A stretch of 38,689 bases of DNA, from assembly GCA_000934665.2 (NCBI GenBank), contig JYFJ02003697.1, positions 1 to 38,689 on the forward strand, in the 5' to 3' direction. The notes below the pieces were generated by a model. That model was not told where the DNA came from. It did no database searches and saw only the letters and a list, made by a program, of their open reading frames with translations. The translations under genes were made by a program, and so were the position numbers. Numbering within the stretch: the stretch's first letter is position 1; each line of letters begins with the position of its first letter. This stretch comes from Catajapyx aquilonaris (Eukaryota). This document shows, piece after piece, positions 1 through 9,300 of this stretch.

Positions 1-1
1 C

Positions 2-874
2 TCAGGGGGCAGCATCAAGACAGAGTGGGGCCAGTGCAAGGAGGAGGAGGAGGTCACGGTGGAGGAGGAAGGCCCGCAAGGAATTATTGGCGGTTGGGTG
101 AGGATGCCCACTGAGATTTTCAGATAATTTGTGGTGATTCAAAATTACGTGCATGATTTGAAGTCACATAATTTCCCTTTGATAATAATGGTAGTTAAGG
201 ATGGAGAGTCACATGAACACATCACAGTTTTGTTGAAATGGCTGGTTAAAGCCATTTAATCAGAAATGTAGCGGTGATGACATCTCTGAACAGCAGTAAC
301 AATATATTTTAACCCCCAAAAAATTGGTCTCATTGCTTATTGAAGTCATCAATGCATCATCGCTGATCAAATCGCTCACATGGTAAATTCGAGTTAAATC
401 TGATATTAATTAAATATTGTTAGTTACGCAGTAACATGATTCCCCCGTGTCATGGCAGAGTCAAGACTTGGAAGCCAGAAACATCAGTGAAATTGCTGCT
501 CTCTTGAGTGGTTCAGACACTGAAGATGCCAGTTTGGTGAATGCAGGTATGATAATGATGCTTATTCATTTATTACTGAAGGCCTTGGACCGAAGCAGGT
601 TGGCATAGTGGATAAGGCGCCCGACTGCTAATCGGGAGGTCCTGGGTTCGAATCCCGGGGCCGGCAACTCTGACCGTGGTTTTCTGGGGTTTCCCACGCC
701 CCTTCCAGGAAAATTCCAGAGTTGCTTCCGTAATTAATAGGCCACAGCAGCTTCCTTCCATCCCTATCCTATCCCAAAGAGCACAGTAAAATGAAAAGCA
801 AAGAGTTCCAGGCAAAACAAACTTCCCGCCTAAAGAGCCGATGGCTGATAACGGGGTATGAATTATTATTATAA

Positions 875-934
<60 letters not shown>

Positions 935-3900
935 ACTAAATATGGAACCTCGAGGATATTTACTGTATTTTATACAAGGTATTAAAGTTCGTCACAAACA
1001 AAACTTCCAACTTTCTGCATTCTTAACATGAAAAAGTTTCTGGAACTGCATTGCCTTGTGGCCTCTACTTTTATTTATTCTCTAAATTATTTGAAGTAGT
1101 ACAGTACTCTGCCATTGCATTTTCACAGGTAGAGAAGCAGCCTCCACATCTGGAAATCCTCAAGAATCTTGCGGACTCTCCACACTTGATGGAGGAATCT
1201 TGGAGCAAGAAGAAGAACGTGGAAGCAGAGAAAGTACTTCAGTACGTGTAATATTATTTTTGTTTCAAATGTGTAATATCAAGTAGGGTGGGGAATCTGT
1301 TGGATGGCAGTCGATATTGGGGTGGTCAGCCTCAGTTGTTAAACATGTTTTAATTGCTAGTGTTAACAAATAACATTTGTGGACATGTTCCTGGATGCCT
1401 GCAAGTCACAGATTGAAGATTTCTCGGATCTAGGCGTTCCCCATCATATTCTCAGGATGTACCTCTGAGCTGCAATATTATTTTGTGTCATAGGTGGCTG
1501 CTTCTGAAGTCTCAGACAATCTTACACCAGGTGAGGGTGATGGCCTTCCATCCGCATCAGCTGACCCATCAATTGCACAAGCATGCAGTCCAAGGGGGAG
1601 GATGAGGCCGAGGAAGAAACTAGTTCTTGTAAGTAACATTCTGGCCTTTTCTAATCCACTTGTAATGAGCACATTTTCTGGCAACACTGGGAATCTTGCA
1701 TGGTTATTTAAATATTGAAATAATTACTCTGTTAAACAGTATTATCTCAGTAATTTGCAATTACGTCACAGAAACATTGACAGGTAGTAATGGAAAATTT
1801 TCACACATTTCCCAAAATACAGGTACTTAAAGATAGCTTTTGCATGCATGCGCCAGACAAAATTTAGGCGGTTTTTGGTTATGTCCAACACTTGATCACT
1901 TGATCAACACTATGATCTGGTTAAGTCAATTTAGGCCCCTAGTCTGATGACCCTGGGTAAGCTATCCCGGGGGCAATCACCATGGCAGCATATGTAAAAG
2001 GATAGCAGTAAACAACCAGTTACCCCAGGGGGCAAGCTACCCCGGGTCACCAGACTATATACCTTAGTCCTGAAGGTTCATAATGAGAAATGAAGCCATG
2101 CATTTCTGTCTTCACTAGGGTTACCCAGGTGTCCGGTTTTGAACTGGACATTCAGGTATTTGAGCGATTTGTCCGGGAGAATATTTGAGGAAATACAATT
2201 ATTCAACGAATATGCAAATTTATCACTTGGCTTTCGATATGCTTATAGTGCACACTACTGCATACTGATTAATGAAACTATCCATAAAATGCGAAATTAG
2301 CTCACCGGAAAATTATGCAGGACCAAATAAGAATCAGTAATTATCTTCTGCCATCTCCTCATTGCCAAATATGCCTGGAATGTTATTTACATACAATTAT
2401 CAATCTGTTAAGAAGTTAAGCAGTGAAGAATTAATGAGTGTAATTACACATTCTTGACTAGTGATTTCACATATTTCAGGATCCTGTGCACAAGGACACG
2501 GATGACAGTGGTCAGTCCCTGGCTGATTCCAGTGATTCTGGGGATGAGTATATGCCTCCAAGTTGCTCAAAAGGAAACGGTCGTGCTGCCTTGAAGAGGA
2601 AGAGAAAGAAGAGAAAAGGAAGGGTAGGTGTTGCTAAATGACTGACCATTTCTGATCCTCTTCACTTCATGGAAATGGTAGGACTCAATGAATCTTCCTA
2701 CATTACTTTGGGAGGATTCAATCGTTCTATCGACTAATGTTTGCCATTGCACTAAAAGCCGCTATTAAAAAGTAAGCTTGGTATGGGAAAGAAATTGATG
2801 AGCATTTTTCATAATGCAATGGGAACACATATTTTGTTGGTTCATGTGATGAAAAATTTAGCTTTGATGATTGCAGATTATTCAGAGGGAATTTCGGAAT
2901 GCTAATAAGTTTGACAGTATTATCACGTGGCAAGCCTTTTCGTCCTAAATATTTTTGTCCAACGGGCAAGGATATTTACTAGATCATGCGGACATATTGC
3001 ACTAGATAAGTTACGTTGTCGGGCAGGGCAGGCATTTGGGATGAATCCTAAGTAGAAATGGGGAGGCTTGGTGGCCAAGATGGTAACGTCTCGGGTTGTT
3101 GTGCAGAAAGTCCCAGGTTTTAACCCTACCCAGGAGTTCAATTTGGCCTGCATCAGGAGGGTCTCTGGTGGGTGCCATGGAGTCATATAGCAACCTAACC
3201 TCCAGGGAGACTGCACTTGACCCCTTTACCGACACTGCACTTGCACCTGTGTCTCCTCCCCAATTATTCCTATCCCTACCTCATGTCCTTTCATCCCTGC
3301 ATGGTGACTGAAGAAAATACCGAAAATTGGAAAGAAAAATTGTGGTGTGCCACCCACCTATGAGGGCCTATGGCCGTATCATGGGGTATTACAAATTAAA
3401 AATAAAAATAAAAATAAACAAAATACTATGGAGTAGTCTGATATCTAATCATCTAACCACCACCTGCAATCAGAGTGCTAATCCCACCAAACTATTTTGG
3501 TCGTGGGACAGCCAAAATCATATTGGATAAATGAAGCTGTGAATGTCATGTTGGGTTTCATGTAATTGTATTTAGATAAAAACAGTTGTTTTGAATGCAA
3601 ATTGTATTAGTAGTAATGTCGAATTTAAAAAAAAGGAATACTGGGAAATGCAAGCAGCTGAAAAAAATACTTCAATGAGAACCTCTGGAGACTATCATAA
3701 GGATGGTGCAACTTCAGATGTGGGCATGACAAGGAAGAAGACACCAAGGAAGAGGACAGCAAACAAGACGAAGCCAAGATCGGTCCAGACTCGAGAGGAG
3801 CAGAGGTTGACCGGTCATGCGAAACTTTCACCTGTTGACAGGCCATACCCATGCAGTGATTGTGATATGAGGTGTACTACACAGAGAGGGTTACGAGAAC

Positions 3901-4259
3901 ATTACAGGCATATCCATCTTGGTATGAGGCCTCACTCATGTGACATGTGTGACAAGACATTTACTAGGCCGAGTAATGTGGAAATCCACAGGAGGACTCA
4001 CACTGGAGAAAGGCCATACCAGTGCAAATTGTGCGAAAAGAGTTTTTCTTCAAGTTCTAATTACCAACAGCATGTTAGGATTCACAAAGGATTGCTACTA
4101 TTTCCTTGCACCATTTGCGGCAAAAGATTCCCTGTTTCTAGAAACTTATCTCGCCACATGTTAATTCATGCGGGAGAGAAGCCTTTTAAATGCAATGTTT
4201 GTGGCAAACAGTTCAACGACAAAAGCAACATGTGGAGACATGCAAAACTAAAGCATTAG
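2..4259 (+). CDS. C2H2 zinc-finger protein, copy 1 (5' partial; 5 fingers)
   Basis: Exons <1-97, 459-546, 1129-1241, 1494-1628, 2480-2623, 3636-4259 have GT-AG boundaries and compatible phases (0,1,0,0,0). The last exon has five C-x2-C-x12-H-x3/4-H fingers with TGERP/AGEKP-type linkers. Confidence 0.9.
589..933 (+). mobile_element. tRNA-derived SINE with (ATT)n tail
   Basis: A box TGGCATAGTGG at 601-611, B box GGTTCGAATCCC at 645-656, anticodon-like arm at 620-636. The body resembles the central domain of insect SINEs (...GGTTTCCC...CCAGG...AGGCCAC...CTTCCTTCC). (ATT)n at 862-933. Absent from the paralogous introns. Confidence 0.85.
862..933 (+). repeat. (ATT)n microsatellite (SINE tail)
   Basis: Read directly. 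Confidence 0.95.
1940..2057. mobile_element. MITE with TAGTCTG...CAGACTA termini
   Basis: ~23-bp imperfect TIRs (TAGTCTGATGACCCTGGGTA / TACCCCGGGTCACCAGACTA). Absent at the paralogous site near 8795. Confidence 0.7.
2116..2185 (+). mobile_element. One end of an old hAT-like (Blackjack-type TAGGGTT[A/G]CC) element, shared by copies 1, 2 and 4
   Basis: The terminus TAGGGTTGCCAGGTGTC(C/T)GG also occurs near 8847 and 22443. I did not identify the other end. Confidence 0.4.
3060..3424 (+). mobile_element. Degenerate tRNA-derived SINE with A-rich tail
   Basis: A box TGGCCAAGATGG at 3072-3083, degenerate B box at 3116-3126, A-rich tail at 3392-3424. The 3' part is also present in copy 2 (~10149-10241). 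The site is empty in copies 4 and 5. Confidence 0.7.
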
Positions 4260-4374
4260 GCAAGTTATTCAACTGTATATGATAAGAAAGGATATGTTTA
4301 TTTTTCTTTACCAAGGTCACCTCACACTTCAGTGGAATGCTTGTATGCTTCTTAGCATACTGGGTCATCAGCTA

Positions 4375-4868
4375 AAATATCCACAGCAGTAAAATAATAC
4401 AGTATGCGCCTTTTTGAAGAATCTTTATTTATTGTGGCGAAACGCGATGTTAATCAGGGAAAACTTGAAATTGGTGCCCTGCGTAAAGATTTGGCCTTTA
4501 CAATGATACCATGCTGGACATGATTGCATTGAAATTGTGGACATACCTTCACAGAAATGTGTCCTATATACACATGATTTCGTCTGCCATGTTAATAAAA
4601 TGAACGTTTCGGAGCCGCCACTTTCCGCAAACTTCAACTTGCTGTAAAGGTCACTTCTAGGCCTAAAATGGAAAAAATGACAGATTAGGCCTGATCATGT
4701 CCAATTTTTTAGTGCAATTTCTGTGTCGATTGAACGATTTTTGCAGCCGTACGGACAGAGAAATGTAGCCATGTCGAATCCCCATCAGCTGCCTATGCAT
4801 ATGCAAGTTTGTTTAGGTCATCGCCAAGGGCTCCCATTGTTACCGTAAATTTTTGGTACTGCGCTGCC
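4375..4868 (-). mobile_element. Non-autonomous DNA element related to 19345-19665 and 30981-31340 (opposite orientation)
   Basis: Reverse-complement similarity (GTGGCGAAACGC, TTTGGCCTTTACAATGAT, CATGATTGCATT..AATTGTGGAC). Absent at the paralogous 3' sites of copies 4 and 5. Confidence 0.65.
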
Positions 4869-5241
4869 TTGAATCACTAAATTTTGGAGCTGCAGTCAGT
4901 TCCTTGATAATAATTCAAAGCTGTTCAGATGGTCACGACTATCTTTTGGTTTGCTAAAATGGTAGGAAGCCACCACATCCCACTGATCTCATACTGTCAA
5001 AAGTGACCAAATTTGCAACCCATCCTTTTACAAACAGACAAACTTTCTAAAATATACAATTATGTACCCCAACCTTTACCAGAACCCCCATAACAGTAAT
5101 TATGATCCTGTCTTTACATGCAGAAGCAAGTGTCATTACATGCGCATAAAAATGTTATCAATGATGCAAAAAGGTGTGAAAGTTTTTACAATGAAAGCTT
5201 GGATCAAATCTGCCTGTATATTTTTAGATCCTCCTCAGCTG

Positions 5242-5383
5242 GGGCCAGTTTCACGAGCAGGTTATAATTTATTTTAGAACCTCGGTTATAACAGGAGTTG
5301 CCATTGTTGACGACAACTAAAAGTAATGATTTTCCAAGAATTAACTCAGATTTATAACATAACCTGCTCGGTGACACTGGCCC
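5242..5383. mobile_element. MITE with GGGCCAGTTTCA TIRs (PIF/Harbinger-like); orthologs near 28093-28234 and 36628-36770, partial copies near 11488 and 17341
   Basis: Inverted termini GGGCCAGTTTCAC.AGCAGGTTAT / ATAACCTGCTCGGTGACACTGGCCC. It recurs in each unit, so it is ancestral. Confidence 0.7.
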
Positions 5384-5937
5384 TAGCCTTTTTCCGCTAT
5401 TGATGGATGCGTCTATAAGTGGGTAATTACTCCTCTTTTTTGGTGTTTGGAATTGTGAAAGATGGCAGGAGATAGTGGAGGCGATTTAATGGTATTTGGA
5501 ATGATTATGATCATGATTGGAAATGAAAATTCCACCAATTGTCTCAAAAACTGGCGAAGACTGAAAATTCATAGTACTGTACCTAGACTATGTAGAAGAA
5601 GCCTTGCGCAGACAACTTTGTAATTTCTGTAACATTCTGTAAAGTGACATGAAATAACATCACATGTGTTGTAAATGTGTCTCTCGTGTCCATGTCGTCC
5701 AGGCTACTGAACACGATTGTATTGGCAACAAGGGAAAGGTGGTAGCCTTCTTCAGGAACAGGAAAAAGGTCTCTGCCGTCTTCAAGGTGTGGATGGCCTC
5801 CATATCATTCGTTGAAATTGGTTTTGGATTGAACAGCCAGCTTAATTTATTTTTTTTTAAAGGCTGACAACTACTAAAGCTTGTCTCCATTGCCCAACTT
5901 CATATTGTGAAGATGTCAAAGAAAAGAAAAGAACTAA

Positions 5938-6073
5938 GGGCCAGTTTCACCAAGCCCGGTTTTGATATAAAACCCGGTTCTTTAGGAAAATCCCTGCAAA
6001 TAAAATAGGGATTTTCCCAAAGAACCGGGTTAAAAAAAAAAAAAATCAAAACCGGGCTTGGTGAAACCGTCCC
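5938..6073. mobile_element. PIF/Harbinger-like (Tourist-type) MITE
   Basis: Long fold-back TIRs GGGCCAGTTTCACCAAGCCCGGTTTTGAT and a TAA target duplication (5935-5937, 6074-6076). The site is empty in the other units. Confidence 0.88.
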
Positions 6074-6122
6074 TAAGACACACATGAATGTATTGATTTT
6101 TGTAAATCGAATCAAGCCTTCA

Positions 6123-6225
6123 TCTAAGCGCTATCTGCGATATTAGTTCTTTGCAGTCGCTTACCGGCTGACCCAACAGCTACGCTATTTTCTCCCAATC
6201 CAAGATGGCGCCTTCGTCTCGCTGA
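6123..6225 (+). promoter_or_regulatory. Conserved promoter/5'UTR block with YY1/Pho-type motif CAAGATGGCG (6201-6210), copy 2
   Basis: A ~100-bp non-coding block is highly conserved in all five visible 5' ends. It matches the YY1 consensus and marks the start of a GC/CpG-rich segment. Confidence 0.6.
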
Positions 6226-6391
6226 AATTGAGCGTCTTTTTGAGAGAATTTCCTCTTTTTTGGGTCGGGTTGTGTCCGGGTTGAGGGTAGGACCGGGTCG
6301 GATCGAAGCAGAGGGTCTGTCTTCCTTGCCCAGAGGACTTGGGAAAGAAACCATGGCTCCTGCGTACCGACAGTCGAGGAAGAAGGAGAAG

Positions 6392-9300
6392 ATGCCCCCC
6401 ACCGAGGAGGAGGAGGAGAGGAAGAAGAAGTGTCCCCTCCACCTGGAGGCCCGCCTGGAAGGGATCGTGTCCCGACTGGTCTCCCTGGAGGAGGACATGG
6501 CTGCCCTGAAGGAGTGGGCCAGGGGCTGCGGAAGGTGTGGGGCTGGACGGGGTGAGTATTTGGGGGCATTAAACACCTCTTCTCTACGTGAGATGTAAAT
6601 GAGGCTCTTCAGTTGCAGACGACAATCCTGGCGACTTACCTTCTGAAGCCATCGCTTCAGGCGGTGCTGGAGACTCAGTTCCTGTGGGCAGCATCAAGAC
6701 TGAGTGGGACCAGTGCAAGGAGGAGGAGGAGGTCACAGTGGAGGAGGAAGGTCCGCAAGGATTTCACGGTTGGGTGAGGATGCCTACTGAAATTGCTTAT
6801 TGGAGAGGTCAGGAGGTCAAGTGAAATGGCAGGATCAAAAATGGAAGGGGTGGGAAACGAGATGCTGCAAATGGGGTGATATTTCTGGAACTAATTGTGT
6901 CCTTTGTAACTACAGATTATTATAATATTTGTAGTGATTCAAAATCACTTGCATCACTTGAAGTCACAGTCTTGCACTTTGATAATAACAGTAGTTATGG
7001 ATGAAGAGTCACATCAACACATCACAGTTTTGTTGAAATGACTGGTTAAAGCCATGTTTACATGTGAGCGATTAGATCAGTGATGTTGCAGCGATGACAT
7101 CTCTGAGGAAAAGTAACAATATATTTTCATCCCATTGGTCTCATTGCTCAGTGAAGTCATCGCTGATCAAATCGCTCACATGTAAACACAGCTTAAATCT
7201 GACGTTAAATATTGATAGTTACGCAGTAACATGTTTCCCCCTTGTCATGGCAGAGTCAAGACTTGGAAGCCAGCGAAGCCAAAATATCCAGAAACATCCG
7301 TGAAATTGCTGCTCTCTTGAGTGGTTCAGACACTGAAGATGCCAGTTTCGTAAATACAGGTATGGATATGATGCTTATTCATTGATTACTGAAGGCCTTG
7401 GTTGCAGACTGTGCAGAATTAAAATCTCGGAAGTAGAAGTGGGTCAATGGGCAGCAGAAATCTCCATCAGAATATAGGTTCTACTGGTTATATGTCGCAG
7501 TATTAGTACTGTACAACCAACAGGGATAGTGTGCATCACATTGGAGCTGTCGATCCATCTAGCAGGGGGGCAGGCACGTGAAGGTCTCCCAATGTCAAGA
7601 TTAATACTATCAATCTCCCCTCAGCCTGAGAGATGATTTTTAATTACTTCAAGGCAGAAGTAGACATGTCTAGTGTAACGCCATGAATACCTTCCTGCCT
7701 TCCGTGCATCGGTCAACCCTGCTCCTTCTCTTCCACTTACCGTGTTTGTGACTGCGACAAGATGTCCATATGATACATGATGAGAATGCAATTGGCAAAC
7801 TTACATGTCCCTTACAATTTTCTCCACTACAGTGGGGTCATATCAACCTGACTGATTTATTTTGGCACAGTCAGCCCTATGGCGAAATACTTCTGCACCT
7901 TGTGACGCACTTGAAATGCCTTGGATAAAATAGTGTAATTATCCTAGAGGTTCCATATTTAGATTAATTGAATGGTAGGATCTGCCCTTTTCGGCGGGCA
8001 CCTTTCCACCACCGTTGATGTCGTTTTATGAGAATGAGATGCCTCTCACCAAATCAAGCAGCCACGATTTCAAGGTGGCCAAATTATTCTGAATTTGGCC
8101 AAGTATTAGAACAAGAGTAAACAATACTTCCAACTCTCTGCATTCTTCACGTCAAAGGTTCTGGAACTGCATTGCTTTGTGGCCTCTACTTTTATTTATT
8201 CTTTAAATTTCTTGAAGTTGTACAATACTGTGTCATTGCATTTTCACAGGTGGAGAAGCAGCCTCCACATCTGGAAATTCTCAAGAATCTCGCGGACTCT
8301 CCACACTTGATGGAGGAAACTTGGAGCAAGAAGGAGACCTTGGAAGCACAGACAGTACTATAGTATCTGAAAACCCTACAGCAGGTGAGGGTGATAGCCT
8401 TTCATCCGCGTTAGCTGACCCATCAATTGCACAAGCAAGCGGTTCAAGCAGAAGGAAGAGGAAGTGGAAGAAACTAGTTCTTGTAAGTAACATTCAGGCA
8501 GAAAAGGGGAGCATTTTCTTATCCACTTGTAATGACCACAATTTTTGGCAACACTGGGAATCTTGCATTCTCCTTTAAATATTGAAATAAGTACTCTGTT
8601 AAAAAGTATTATATCGGTAATTTGCAATAGTGTGACATAAATATTGACAGGTAGTAATAGAAAATTTTTACACATTTCCCAAGATTCTTAAACGTAACTT
8701 TTGCATACAAGCAACACACCAAATTTTGTCGGTCTTTAGTTACTTCCAACACTTGAGCAGCATTTTTAATGCTCTATGATCTGGTGAAGTCAATTTAGTC
8801 CTGCAGATTCATAATGAGACATGAAGGCAGGAATTTTTGTCTTAACTAGGGCTTGCCAGGTGTCCGGTATTTGAGGGATTTGTCCGAGAAGATATTTTTG
8901 AGGAAATACAATGGTTCAATGAATATGCAAAGTTATCGCTTGACTTTCCTTATGCTTACAGTGCACACTACTGGATACTGATAAATGAAACTATCCGTAA
9001 AATGCGAAATTAGCTCACAGAAAATTATGCAGGTCCAAATAAAAATCAGTAATTATCTTCTGCCATCTCCTCATTGCCAAACATGCCTGGAATGTTATTT
9101 AGGTTCAATTATCAATCTGTTAAGAACTTAAGCAGTGAAGAATTATTAATGAGTGTAATTAGGCATTCTTGACCACTGATTTCCTGTATTTCAGGTTCCT
9201 TTGCACAAGGACGCCGAGGACAGTGATCAGTCCCTGGCTGATTTGAATGATTCTGGGGATGAGTATATTCATCCACGTCGCTCAAAAGACAATGGTCGTG

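Noticed and set aside
92..97. Alternative exon 2 donor G|GTTGGG
   Set aside because: It would be phase 1, which puts exon 3 into a frame with stops, and it is not conserved in copy 6. TGG|GTGAGG fits all copies.
594..667. tRNA-Ser(GCT)-like gene
   Set aside because: The acceptor stem pairs poorly and there is no long variable arm. It runs into a SINE body and (ATT)n tail, so it is a SINE head.
1051..1251. Recurrent ORF ...FSQVEKQPPHL... (also 8172, 15204, 32665) as the true frame of exon 4
   Set aside because: Exon 3 is open only in the frame that ends in phase 1. The VEKQ frame stops at 8363 in the fused copy 2 exon and in exon 5 of copy 1. I note that it stays open across exon 4 and that the copy 5 change is silent in it, but I cannot build a gene from it.
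3591..3635. ORF-track N-terminal extensions of the finger ORFs (also 10440-10484)
   Set aside because: These are TTG starts inside intron sequence upstream of the splice acceptor.
6124..6576. Antisense ORFs over exon 1 (also 12598, 18688, 29698, 37735)
   Set aside because: They are shadows of GC-rich, nearly identical coding sequence; their lengths and frames are not conserved between copies.
6392..6773. ZAD, KRAB, SCAN or BTB domain at the N-terminus
   Set aside because: There is only one CxxC and none of the characteristic motifs is visible. A profile search is still needed to exclude remote homology.
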